A stretch of 48,295 bases of DNA from Macrostomum lignano (lineage: Eukaryota): positions 378,887-427,181 of the forward strand of contig NIVC01000262.1 in assembly GCA_002269645.1 (NCBI GenBank). The letters run 5' to 3'. Of this stretch, positions 1 to 11,642 are shown one piece after another; position 1 is the stretch's first letter; each line of letters starts with the position of its first letter. Made by a program: the position numbers and the translations under genes. Under the pieces are notes generated by a model, which saw only the letters and a program-made list of their open reading frames with translations, was not told where the DNA came from and searched no databases.

Positions 1-179
1 GTGTACCATGGAATCGGATTCCATTTGGCGTACGCGTGGAGTACGCTCTCGAAGAATGTTGTTACAGTAAGGTAGACCCTCTGAAGAAACAGAAAAACAA
101 AAAATCCTGTGATCAACTCTTAAGAGGATTTACTAATTATTATAAATACTTACGTGGTTTATTAGCAAGGATGTCGGCC

Positions 180-1225
180 TTAGCGGCCCTGGTAGTCCTG
201 GTGCATCTGCTGGTACACCTGTTCGTTCTTGGTTTCAGCGATTCAACGAACTCATCCAACACATTGCCAGATTTTGGCACTAGAAAGTCGATCAACGTCG
301 ACATCTGCTCGTTGTTTGCGCAGAGTAGAAAATATTTCCGTGCTCTCGTCTTGGGTAATAATCTCCTTGTTCATCAGATGCTCAACCACTGTGTCCGCTT
401 TTACATCGTTGAGCACTGTTCGTAGTACTTGTCGAGAATTAGCGCTCCGCTAATACCATGCCAGTTTTGATATGAGCCCATCTATGACAGCGCGACTTGT
501 CGCTCATGTCCATCGTCGCCTTTCCAACAACCGACTGGCGTTTGTTCGTTTCCGACGTGTCCAAATCGCGCGTCTTGAGCCGTTTCTGCAGAATAGGAAT
601 CTCTTCGCGCTTCTTCTTTCGTTCTTGGTTTTCGATTTCTCTCTTCAACTGGCTGACCTCTTGGCGGTACCAGACGAGGAATTCGCCAGAATGAAGCGCG
701 ATTCAGTCTCGTCCATGCTAGTGTCCTGCTTGTATGCGTTCATACAGTTGCTGCACCGAGTGTCCCAGTCGCTGGAGCTGCTCGGCAATGCGGCTAAACA
801 GTCTGTTAGCCGCGCTCGCCTTTAAGGTCTGCAGCGAGGCGAGCTCGCGTTGAATGCCCAGTAGGCGTTGCAGCGCTGCGCCCTGGCTGTCATCGCGAGG
901 TTCCGGATCTCCCATCCAGCCGTTTGGCTGCGGCTTCGTCACATCGCAGGTGTATTTTACTAACAGGAGCAGCAGACGCAGGTCGTAGTTGTCAGCGGAC
1001 ACGGAAGATTTCTCCTTCGGGTAGAGCGTCTGCCAGTCGTCTTCGGTTAGCATGTCTTTGATCTTAAGTCGCCTCAGCGTCCGGTGAATGTCCGGCGAGG
1101 CCAAGTGTTCCGTTAGCTCGTCCGTTGGATGCTTGGAATCGAATAGGCTTCTCAGCACGCCTTGCCTCTCGCATGAGAAAGTGGCACACTCTGGATAGGT
1201 TCTCTACGCTCCTCTCGTCGGTCAT
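180..1225 (-). pseudogene. DZIP3/hRUL138-like HEPN domain + coiled coil + C-terminal CARD; reading frame broken by about 5-6 frameshifts (pseudogene or consensus errors)
   Basis: Joining minus-strand frames gives ENLSRVCHFLMRE..VLRSLFDSKHP..DWQTLYP..NYDLRLLLLLVKYTCDVTKPQPNGWMGDPEPRDDSQGAALQRL (DZIP3-type HEPN pattern), then a charged helical linker, then ILDKYYEQVLNDVKADTVVEHLMNKEIITQDESTEIF..NEQMSTLIDFLVPKSGNVLDEFVESLETKNEQVYQQM (CARD pattern), stop at 180-182. Upstream exons may exist. Confidence 0.65.
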
Positions 1226-2044
1226 GTCCAACTGCAGCTTGGGCGTGTTGTCTACCACGCCGAACTGAAATTTTGGGATGTCATTAACCAATGTTAAAAT
1301 GCAGCATTTTAGTAAAGTATCCAACAGTTAGACAGTTAGTAACTCACAACCACTTGATTTTTCGGCCGAGCGGCCAAGGTCATTCGACGAACTTCTGGCA
1401 TCCTCAGCTGTGAGCTGCAGGTTTTCTGTCAGCTTCTGTTAAGCTCAGATTTCAACTACTCAGATATTGGGCTTTAGTCTTTACTCTAAACTTCTATCTT
1501 TCGTTAGCAGGTGAAAAAGCATGAAGATTTAAGAATTATTATCTCTTTCTCTTGCTCTTCTGCTCAAGCGCACTTGCAGCCCAGCCCTCCTTGTTGAGTA
1601 GCTCTGGAAAGCTCTGAGCTCTATTGTTAGTCCGTCTCTTATGCTCCTCGACACCCCCGTTAGATTCGAATAGCTCTGTGCTCTGTGCGCTGGAGACATG
1701 AAAGCTGTTAAAAGGCGGTGCGCGTTGCGTACTTTGAATGCATCTGTTCTCAAATATTTTCATTCTACTCTGCAGAGATTTGCTGCGTGTGCAAAGATGT
1801 GGCTGTCTACTGTGTTTCTTCTGCTACCATTTTGCGCTGAGGAGTTTGTCTTATAAGACGCAAAATGGTAGAACAATAAAAATGCTCCTGCGTGTGTACG
1901 AGGGGGTCTATTCTATCTTACAGACTCAGTTTTGTTGCCAAGGTGATGCAACACACTCTCGCGTACACACTTCTACGTACAATGTACTGACCCTCTGTTG
2001 CACTTTGTCTCCTGTGGCATATATTTATTGTATATTACTTGCAC

Positions 2045-2205
2045 TCTGTAGCCAGTGGTTGGAGCGTCGGACTCACGACTTGAAGGTCGGGGGTTCGATT
2101 CCTGATCTCACCGGAACGATTTGTGTCCTTTAGCAAGACACTAAACTCTGCGTTTCTTCAGTTCACCCAGCTGTAAAATGGGTGCCAGCACTAGCTGGGG
2201 TAATT
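2045..2205 (+). mobile_element. tRNA-derived SINE fragment with a CORE/Meta-like central domain
   Basis: A-box TAGCCAGTGG (2049), B-box GGTTCGATTCC (2092), then TGTGTCCTTTAGCAAGACACTAAAC...CACCCAGCTGTAAAATGGG typical of conserved metazoan SINE bodies; no tRNA acceptor stem. Confidence 0.6.
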
Positions 2206-2504
2206 GAGGCTGTGTGTGGCGACCCCCCCCCCAGGTCCTTGGACTGAACAGCCGTACGCAGCCTTCAGATGCGCCGCGCAATATCTGAGGCTGAGCTGTT
2301 GGTTGCACATCTGCCCATTTAGGGCAGGTGTAATCAATTATAGTTTTATTATTGTGCTTTATAATTGTCTGAAAGCTGAAAATTTATTAGCGCACAATTC
2401 GTACTTAGGGACAAATTAGCAGAGTCTTGCTCGAACAATATAAAATTCGATTTCGGCTCAACAAAATGAACCAAGATATTACTGCTTATTCCTCCATCAA
2501 CCAG

Positions 2505-2649
2505 ACCCTGCATTCGTCGAATTCTCGAGCGCGACTCTCCGCCCAGCTCGCGTCTAGCACTGCAGGTGGTCAGCCTGCAATGGAGCAGCAACTCGGACAG
2601 AACAGAAACTGGAAAGCAGCCAGCGCAACAGCAGCAGCAGCAGCTCAAG
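2505..2649 (+). CDS. BRCA2: BRCA2 exon (end of helical domain/start of OB1)
   Basis: PCIRRILERDSPPSSRLALQVVSL matches the BRCA2 pattern SAIKKIMERDD..LVLCVS; CCAG acceptor and GT donor; phase 0 join gives QLK|VTLTDGWY. Confidence 0.8.
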
Positions 2650-2739
2650 GTTCACTTTGCTGGCTTTGCATTTTATTAGGAAACTCCCGGCTTCTATTCA
2701 ATCCTTGCTGCCATTGCCCTGTCAGACTGTGTGTATCCT

Positions 2740-3368
2740 CCCCTCCCCTCTACCTGTTTATGTCTCCCCTCTACCTGTCTGTGTCGCCACTCTACCTGTC
2801 TGTGTCTCCCCTCTACCTGTCTGTGTCTTCCCTCTAGCTGTCTGTGTCTTCCCTCTACCTGTCTGTCTTCCCTCTACCTGTCTGTGTCTCCCCTCTACCT
2901 GTCTGTGTCGCCACTCTACCTGTCTGTGTCTCCCCTCTACCTGTCTGTGTCTCCCCTCTACCTGCCTGTGTCTCCCCTCTACCTGTCTGTCTTCACTCTA
3001 CCTGTCTGTGTCGCCACTCTACCTGTCTGTGTCTCCCCTCTACCTGTCTGTGTCTCCCCTTTACCTGTCTGTGTCTCCCCTCTACCTGTCTTTGTCTCCC
3101 CTCTACCTGTCTGTGTCTCCCCTCTACCTGTCTGTGTCTCCCCTCTACCTGTCTGTGTCTCCCCTCTACCTGTCTGTCTTCACTCTACCTGTCTGTGTCG
3201 CCACTCTACCTGTCTGTGTCTCCCCTCTACCTGTCTGTGTCTCCCCTTTACCTGTCTGTGTCTCCCCTCTACCTGTCTGTGTCTCCCCTCTACCTGTCTG
3301 TGTCTCCCCTCTACCTGTCTGTGTCTCCCCTCTACCTGTCTGTGTCTCCCCTCTACCTGTCTGTGTCT
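2740..3368 (+). repeat. 21-bp minisatellite (CTCTACCTGTCTGTGTCTCCC)n in BRCA2 intron
   Basis: About 30 tandem near-identical units read directly. Confidence 0.97.
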
Positions 3369-3493
3369 GGCCGTCTGACAATTGTCTCGCCAGCATTTTT
3401 CTCTGCCTATACTATTTACCACTTGCTACTGTTGGTCAGTAGTTTATAAGCAGCGTGTGATCATTTGACGCATTAATTAGTTTCCCGATTTAG

Positions 3494-3952
3494 GTGACCC
3501 TCACGGACGGCTGGTACTGCATCGGCGCACAGCTGGATCCCCTGCTGTGCCGCGCAGCCTCCGCCGGCCTCATCAAACCGGGCACCCGGCTGCTCACCTG
3601 CCAGGCTGAACTGATTGGCTGCTCTGAGGCCTGCCAGCCGCTGGAAGCGCCGGCCAGCGCCGCTCTCCGTCTCCATGGCAACAGCACCCGACGCTGCGTT
3701 GCCAACCGAAGAGTCCGGCTGGGCTTCGCCGACGCCTCGCCGATGCCGGTGTCGCTCAGCTCACTGCGGCCCGACGGCGGCAAGGCTGGCGCTCTGCACC
3801 TGTTCGTCAGCCGGCGGTACCCCCGGCAGTTCATGGAGCGCAGCCCTGGCAGCGACGCCAGGGTGTTCCGCGGGGCTCGAGCCGAGGACCGACGGGCCAG
3901 GGAGTTCGAGGCTGAGGCCCGCCGGCGAATGGAGGAAGCTGTGGAGGACCAG
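3494..3952 (+). CDS. BRCA2: BRCA2 exon (OB1, start of OB2/Tower)
   Basis: LTDGWY..AQLD..CQPLEAP..LRLHGNSTRR..LGF..LSSL.PDGG..RRYP.QFMER is the BRCA2 OB1/OB2 signature; TTTAG acceptor, CAG|GTTGGT donor, 459 nt, phase 0. Confidence 0.95.
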
Positions 3953-3964
3953 GTTGGTGGCTGC

Positions 3965-4402
3965 TTCCAGTTGCTGGGCCGCCAGCCTCCCAGATCCCCA
4001 GTTGCTGGACCAGACTCCCAGATCCCCAGTTGCTGGGCCAGACTCCCAGATCCCCAGTTGCTGGGCCAGACTCCCAGATCCCCAGTTGCTGGGCCGCCAG
4101 CCTCCCAGATCCCCAGTTGCTGGACCAGCCTCCCAGATCCTCAGTTGCTGGGCCGCCAGCCTCCCAGATCCTCATTTGCTGGACCAGACTCCCAGATCCC
4201 CAGTTGCTGGGCCAGACTCCCAGATCCCCAGTTGCTGGGCCAGACTCCCAGATCCCCAGTTGCTGGGCCAGACTCACAGATCCCCAGTTGCTGGGCCGCC
4301 AGCCTCCCAGATCCCCAGTTGCTTGGCCAGACTCCCAGATCCCCAGTTGCTGGGCCAGACTCCCAGATCCTCAGTTGCTGGGCCGCCAGCCTCCCAGATC
4401 CC
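3965..4402 (+). repeat. 28-bp minisatellite (GGCCAGACTCCCAGATCCCCAGTTGCTG)n filling a BRCA2 intron
   Basis: Tandem units between donor 3953 and acceptor 4423. Confidence 0.95.
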
Positions 4403-4423
4403 AACACCGCATCCCAATTTCAG

Positions 4424-4807
4424 CTGGGCTCCAAGCCCCCGCAGCAGCGCGGCCGTCTCTACCAGCCTGATGAAGTGTCCCAGCTGAGCACCGGCGAGGA
4501 GCTTCAGGCCGCCCTGCGCTCCGCCCTGAACGCGGACGAACTGCAGGCCTGGCTGACGGAGCGTCAGCGAGACGTTCTGACTCGGCTCCGGGAGCAGCTG
4601 CTGCCGCCGCTCGTCCAGCAGCGTCAGGTGACGCCGCTGGTTCGCCTGCTGGTCATCGGCACCGAGGACGCCGACTTGGACGAAGGCGCCGTGGCCACCC
4701 TGACTGTGTGGAACCCGGAGGAGGGCGCCGAGTCCTGGCTGCGCGAGGGCTGCGGCCTGCTGGTGCTCGGGGCGAATGTGGGATCCGCTGCTTCCGGCGG
4801 GCATCGG
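4424..4807 (+). CDS. BRCA2: BRCA2 exon (Tower three-helix bundle, OB2)
   Basis: EVSQLSTGEELQAALRSA..LQAWLTERQ..RQVTPLVRLLV..LTVWNP..WLREG fits the 3HB/OB2 pattern; the donor could alternatively be at 4822. Confidence 0.85.
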
Positions 4808-4844
4808 GTGCGATTTTGTCGGGTGGGGGGGGGTTGGTTGCTAG

Positions 4845-5125
4845 GAAATCGCTCATAGGGTCATCGTGTTTTTAGGAAATCGCTCATAGGGTCATCGTGT
4901 TTTTAGGAAATCGCTCATAGTGTCATGGTTTTATAATGAAATCCCTCATAGGGTCATGATGTTATAAAGGAATCGCTCATAGGGTCATGGTGTTATAAGA
5001 GAATCGCTCATAGGGCCATGGTGTTATAAGAGAATCGCTCATAGGGCCATGGTGTTATAAGAGAATCGCTCATAGGGCCATGGTGTTATAAGAGAATCGC
5101 TCATAGGGCCATGATGTTATAGGGA
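4845..5125 (+). repeat. 31-bp minisatellite (GAATCGCTCATAGGGCCATGGTGTTATAAGA)n in BRCA2 intron
   Basis: About 9 tandem units. Confidence 0.95.
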
Positions 5126-5202
5126 GTCGTTTATCTCTCACAGATCCCAGCTAAGTCTCCAACAGGAAATCTCTTATTCGTTGCCATCACCCGGACACGC
5201 AG

Positions 5203-5553
5203 ATGTCTCTGAACCTCAGCCGCGGCGGCCTTATCCGACCCCTGGAGCTCGGGCAGCGCGCCGACCTCATCCTGACGCGGCACCGACCTCGCAGTTTCCT
5301 CCGCCTGCCCTTGCCGCCAGCACAACACGCCGGCGCAATCATCGACAACGAATTAGACCTCCGCGGCCTGCTTGTCGCCGTGTGGGACGACGGCCGAATG
5401 ATGGCGGTGCTGGCCGATCCGGAGCGTTGCGACGGCGACGGCGACTGCGGCAGCGCCGGCCTCGTCTGTGTCCGGGTCTGGGCTGGCCTGGCCAGTCTGG
5501 GGCTGGCGGGACTGGCGCTCACGGGCAGACCGCTTGCCGCCTTCAACCTGCAG
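5203..5553 (+). CDS. BRCA2: BRCA2 exon (OB3)
   Basis: ELDLRGLLVAV..AVLAD..VCVRVW..LAAFNLQ matches OB3 EVDLIGFVVSV..LIAASNLQ; CAG acceptor, CAG|GTGGGG donor, phase 0. Confidence 0.85.
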
Positions 5554-6267
5554 GTGGGGCTGCTGATGGGCCTGCGGTTCCTACTGCCTCTCTCCCCTCT
5601 CCCCTCACCCCTCACCCTCCTCTCACCCTCCTCTTACCCTCTCAGCTCCTCTCCTCCTCTCACCCTCCTCTAACCCTCTCAGCTCCTCTCCCCCTCTCAC
5701 CCTCCTCTCCCCATTTGCTCTTACCCCCTTCCCTAAGCTTAAAACCCTCAAACTCCACACATAAACTCTACCCCCGCCCCGCCACCCAATTTTTTATTAC
5801 CTTCCTTGGTTGTTCCAGCCTAAATCTGCCATGTACATTTCTGTGGCCAATGTACATTATGACTGAACCAATTGGCAAGCTGTTTACGCGCCTGCAAGCT
5901 TGGGCTTCTAAGCTTATCAAAGTCATTTCAGCTGCCTTTATTCTTATAAAATATGACTAGCTTATGTATTCTCCATTGCTACAGGACTGAAGTACTCTTA
6001 GAAAAACAGCTGTTTTGCTAAGTATAAATGCCTGAGTGGCCAATCTAGTTATTCTAGTCTCTGTGCCCTATCCCCTCTCCCCCTCTCCTCATCTTTCCTC
6101 TCCCCCTCTCCCTGTTGTCAGGCCTGATGAATAAGTATACCGATAGACTATGGAAAATCGGCAATCTACCCAAATATTTCCTGGGCACTGGGTGTCTCTC
6201 CCTCTGTTCCCCTCTGCCTGCCATTCCCATGCCCTGTCAGCTCAGCAACTCAATGTTTCTCCTCCAG

Positions 6268-6903
6268 CGCCGCTCAACAGGCACCGAGGTGCTGCCCGGC
6301 CTGCCGCTGCTGCACTTCACCGATCTGAGCGACCTGTCAGCCTTGAACCCGGCCGACCTGCCCAGCTCGTTCCGCTCCGCTTTGAACTCGTCATCGACTC
6401 TGATAAGCAGGGCTCGGGAGTTTCTGTCTGGCCAGCTGGGCCTCGGCCTGCCCGACCTGGAGCCCGTTGCCATGCCAACCACGCCAGCCTCTTCTAATAG
6501 AAACCAATCCCTGCTGCAGCGGCACAGATTTGTCGATAGTCCGACATTGACGCGTCAGATTGCCGGCGGCAGCGGCGTCCGACAGCCGGGCTTGCGTCGG
6601 TCGATCGGCTTCAAGAAACAGCAGCAGCCGACTCCTTCGTCTAGCGACAATAAAGAGCACGCAGCGCTGGTTGCTACTAACAGTAGCATCAGTAGTAGCT
6701 GTAGCGGCGTGGGTAATTCGAGAAAGCGTCGGAGTCAAGATTCGATTGTCGGCGCCGATGGCGACGGCGGATTCGACGGGTCGTCTGCGGCGGCGGCGGC
6801 GGGCGCCGGGGATTCGCAAGCGTCGCTAGACGTGTCCATCGCTGATCTGGTGAAGACCAAGCGAAGGTCGCTGGCGGCCAGGAGTCCCAGCGCTGGCAAC
6901 TAG
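6268..6903 (+). CDS. BRCA2: BRCA2 terminal exon (end of OB3, low-complexity tail with basic NLS-like patches)
   Basis: NLQ|RRSTGTEVLPGLPLLHFTDLSDLSALNP continues OB3 in phase 0; stop TAG at 6901-6903. Confidence 0.75.
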   Translation, partial: RRSTGTEVLPGLPLLHFTDLSDLSALNPADLPSSFRSALNSSSTLISRAREFLSGQLGLGLPDLEPVAMPTTPASSNRNQSLLQRHRFVDSPTLTRQIAGGSGVRQPGLRRSIGFKKQQQPTPSSSDNKEHAALVATNSSISSSCSGVGNSRKRRSQDSIVGADGDGGFDGSSAAAAAGAGDSQASLDVSIADLVKTKRRSLAARSPSAGN

Positions 6904-7134
6904 GGACTGTGAGAAATGGACCGACTTTACAACTGTGTTGTTTGTGTTGACAATGAGGATTCTTAAATACTGTTTGTGAGGAATTTCCTATCGACTGTTC
7001 ATTGGGGATTTCTAAATTGTTTATGGCAACTTCCTACGAAGTTTATAATGGGTGTTTATTGGTTTATAAATAGTTTTTTGAGAGTTTGTTAAAATAGTTG
7101 TTTATGGAAGTGCTTAAAAATTCTTATAAGAGTT

Positions 7135-8345
7135 TATGACAGGTTGGTTAAACAGTTTATGAGAGGTTGGTTAAACAGTTTATGAGAGGTTGGTTAAACA
7201 GTTTATGACAGGTTAGTTAAACTGTTTATGAGAGGTTGGTTAAACAGTTTATGAGAGGTTGGTTAAACTGTTTATGACAGGTTGGTTAAAAAGTTTATGT
7301 GAGGTTGGTTAAACAGTTTATGAGACTGGTTAAACAGTTCATGACAGGTTGGTTAAACAGTTTATGAGTTTGTTCAAACAGTTTATGAGAGGTTGATTAA
7401 ACAGTTTATGACAGGTTGGTTAAACAGTTTATGAGAGGTTGGTTAAACATGAGTTTGTTCAAACAGTTTATGAGAGACTGGTTAAGCAGTTTATGACAGG
7501 TTGTTTAAAACAGTTTATGAGAGGTTGGTTAAACAGTTTATGAGAGGTTGCTTAAACTGTTTATGACAGGTTGGTTAAACAGTTTATGACAGGTTAGTTA
7601 AACTGTTTATGAGAGGTTGGTTAAACAGTTTATGAGAGGTTGGTTAAACTGTTTATGACAGGTTGGTTAAAAAGTTTATGTGAGGTTGGTTAAACAGTTT
7701 ATGAGACTGGTTAAACAGTTCATGACAGGTTGGTTAAACAGTTTATGAGAGGTTGGTTAAACATGAGTTTGTTCAAACAGTTTATGAGAGACTGGTTAAG
7801 CAGTTTATGACAGGTTGTTTAAAACAGTTTATGAGAGGTTGGTTAAACAGTTTATGAGAGGTTGCTTAAACTGTTTATGAGAGGTTGGTTAAACAGTTTA
7901 TGACAGGTTAGTTAAACTGTTTATGAGAGGTTGGTTAAACAGTTTATGAGAGGTTGGTTAAACTGTTTATGACAGGTTGGTTAAAAAGTTTATGTGAGGT
8001 TGGTTAAACAGTTTATGAGACTGGTTAAACAGTTCATGACAGGTTGGTTAAACAGTTTATGAGTTTGTTTAAACAGTTTATGAGAGGTTGATTAAACAGT
8101 TTATGACAGGTTGGTTAAACAGTTTATGAGAGGTTGGTTAAACATGAGTTTGTTCAAACAGTTTATGAGAGACTGGTTAAGCAGTTTATGACAGGTTGTT
8201 TAAAACAGTTTATGAGAGGTTGGTTAAACAGTTTATGAGAGGTTGCTTAAACTGTTTATGACAGGTTGGTTAAACAGTTTATGACAGGTTGTTTAAAACA
8301 ATTTATGAGAGGTTGGTTCAATAGTTTTTTAGAGGTTGGTTAAAT
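7135..8345 (+). repeat. 23-bp satellite (AGGTTGGTTAAACAGTTTATGAG)n with higher-order structure
   Basis: About 50 units; the same ordered block of variant units recurs near 7200, 7580 and 7890. Confidence 0.95.
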
Positions 8346-8954
8346 ATTTCATGTAGGTATGTTTAAACAGTTTATGGGTGGCTTAAGAGTATATAGTTTA
8401 TTGGAGGACTATGAAACTGTTTGTTTGAAAGTTGTGAGAGTTTATTATAGTTCATTAAACAGTTTAGAGAGAATCCCATGAGTCTTGCACCAAGATGCAT
8501 GCAACGGATTAACCAGGACTTTTTCAAAGATCATTATAGATACTGGTATCGTTCAAGGCGCGGAAGAGCATCAGGTCCCAAGCATTGAAATTGGGGTTTT
8601 CAAGTTTTTTTGGTCTTCTTTTGTTGCTCGGCATCTTACCACCAGCTTGTAGCCTCTCATTTTTTCAATTTCTTTAAAGCCTTTTTCTGCTTTGCATTTC
8701 CAATTGCATTGATTTTCTGTCAGCTCGTTGCATGTCTTTATTATTTATCTTCGGTACCGACCTTACCGCTGTACTCGCACACAGCATGGTTCAGCTTTTT
8801 AATATTTCTTGCATAAGTACGAAAGTTTTGCATGCGTAACACCCCAAATAAAAACTTTTTGTGAATTCAAACCGAAAGCCATCTGTTTTTTTCTAATGTC
8901 TGTTCTTTTTAAAACGCAGCTCTCTTTTGCTTGCTCTGTGACTTATTTCGCCTG

Positions 8955-8972
8955 AAGACAGACAGACAGATT

Positions 8973-9032
<60 letters not shown>

Positions 9033-9137
9033 CACAGACAGACAGAGAGACAGACAGACAAACACACAGACAGACACACAGAGAGACAGACAGACAGACA
9101 CACAGACAGACAGACAGACACACAGAGAGACAGACAC

Positions 9138-9176
<39 letters not shown>

Positions 9177-9352
9177 CACAGAGAGACAGACACACAGACA
9201 GACAGACAGACAAACAGAGAGACAGACAGACACACAGAGAGACAGACACACAGACAGACAGACAGACAAACAGATAGAGACAGACAGGCAGACAGAGAGA
9301 CAGACACACAGACAGACAGACAGACAAACAGATAGAGACAGACAGGCAGACA
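8955..9352 (+). repeat. Compound (CAGA)n microsatellite
   Basis: Direct reading. Confidence 0.97.
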
Positions 9353-10279
9353 GTGCAAATACAAAAACCTGAAGACACAAGCCTACCTGAAGCTGTTATT
9401 ATACATCGAACCTGCGGTATGCTGTGGATATTGACAGCAGGTATAATATATGCCTGCCGCATTCCTTACGGCAGTTTGGCAGCAGCGGCAGCAACTTAAA
9501 GAAATGATAATAAAAGACTTCAGAAAGATTGGATGCGACTCCAATTACTCATAGTAGTGCCGAAGGGTTTATAAAGCTGAATTATATTATTATCAGACAG
9601 TGCAGCGCGCAGTTACAGAAAATGAGGTGGACGAGAAAACAGATAGCTAAAAAAGTGACACAAATCAATCAATCAATTAACCTAAAAATGAAGAAACAAA
9701 CTCAGTTTATGTACAACAGTGCATGTAACACACGCAAATTAAACAGACATATATGACCTGCAACTATGGCACACAGCAATAAATCATAAATAATGATATT
9801 CAATCACTCAATCGAACCTGTCGAGGAAACCCGAGCAACCAATATAAAGTATCAACATTTGTACTTTGAAAATGAATTATTTATGAGCTACGGTAGGCTG
9901 CCTTAAGCCCTGGCCTGGTCGGGGTGCACATTTACACAAATATATATCGAATTAATTTAACTGGGCACAGATTAACTACTTAGTTAGTAGTTTTCCAATT
10001 TTGACGCGTATTAAACAACGTGTTGAAAAATCACAATGCCCAGTTAAAATTAATTGGCAAAAGAAGTAAAAGTAAAAAAAGCAGCTAAAAACAGCGATTC
10101 GTTACGGGCAATTAAATAAAGTAAGTATAGTTGCTGATGCTGACTGACTGTGATGGAATTTATCCAATTTGATTCACGTTTTTTAAACTAACAAACAATT
10201 TTAAACCTATAATTGACAGGTTGACAGGTAACTTGAGGTTGAGTTATTTAGTTAAGAGAGACGTTCTTGAAGGTGGATT

Positions 10280-11642
10280 ACACCAACTATGATGGGGATT
10301 ATTGGGACACCAATTATGATGGGGATTATTGGGACACTAATTATGATGGGGATTATTGGGACACTAATTATGATGGGGATTATTGGGACACTAATTATGA
10401 TGGGGACTATTGGGACACCAATTATGATGGGGATTATTGGGACACCAATTATGATGGGGATTATTGGGACACCAATTATGATGGGGATTATTGGGACACC
10501 AATTATGATGGGGATTATTGGGACACCAATTATGATGGGGATTATTGGGACACCAATTATGATGGGGACTTTTTGGGACACTAATTATGATGGAGATTAT
10601 TGGGACACTAATTACGATGGAGATTATTGGGACACTAATTATGATGGAGATTATTGGGACACTAATTATGATGGGGATTATTGGGACACCAATTATGATG
10701 GGGATTATTGGGACACCAATTATGATGGGGATTATTGGGACACCAATTATGATGGGGATTATTGGGACACCAATTATGATGGGGATTATTGGGACACCAA
10801 TTATGATGGGGATTATTGGGACACCAATTATGATGGGGATTATTGGGACACCAATTATGATGGGGATTATTGGGACACCAATTATGATGGGGATTATTGG
10901 GACACCAATTATGATGGGGATTATTGGGACACCAATTATGATGGGGATTATTGGGACACCAATTATGATGGGGATTATTGGGACACCAATTATGATGGGG
11001 ATTATTGGGACACCAATTATGATGGGGATTATTGGGACACCAATTATGATGGGATTATTGGGACACCAATTATGATGGGGATTATTGGGACACCAATTAT
11101 GATGGGGATTATTGGGACACCAATTATGATGGGGATTATTGGGACACCAATTATGATGGGGATTATTGGGACACCAATTATGATGGGGATTACTGGGACA
11201 CCAATTATGATGGGGATTATTGGGACACCAATTATGATGGGGATTATTGGGACACCAATTATGATGGGGATTATTGGGACACCAATTATGATGGGGATTA
11301 TTGGGACACCAATTATGATGGGGATTATTGGGACACCAATTATGATGGGGATTATTGGGACACCAATTATGATGGGGATTATTGGGACACCAATTATGAT
11401 GGGGACTTTTTGGGACACTAATTATGATGGAGATTATTGGGACACTAATTACGGAGGGGATTATTGGGACACTAATTACGGAGGGGATTATTGGGACACT
11501 AATTACGGAGGGGATTATTGGGACACTAATTACGGAGGGGATTATTGGGACACTAATTACGGAGGGGATTATTGGGACACTAATTACGGAGGGGATTATT
11601 GGGACACTAACTACGGAGGGGATTATTGGGAGGCCAATTATG
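10280..11642 (+). repeat. 27-bp minisatellite (CCAATTATGATGGGGATTATTGGGACA)n
   Basis: About 50 units; GGAGGGG variants are confined to the last ~7 units. Confidence 0.97.

Noticed and set aside
3-66. WNRIPFG resembling a Gypsy RT motif
   Set aside because: Seven residues only; the flanks do not continue the RT pattern.
2045-2110. tRNA gene
   Set aside because: A and B boxes are present, but there is no closed acceptor stem and a SINE body follows.
2424-2470. RVLLEQYKIRF resembling BRCA2 RVLLQLKYRY
   Set aside because: Wrong frame relative to the 2505 exon and no usable donor; probably chance.
9370-9500. Possible minus-strand exon bounded by AG and GTAGGC
   Set aside because: No recognisable product and no partner exons.
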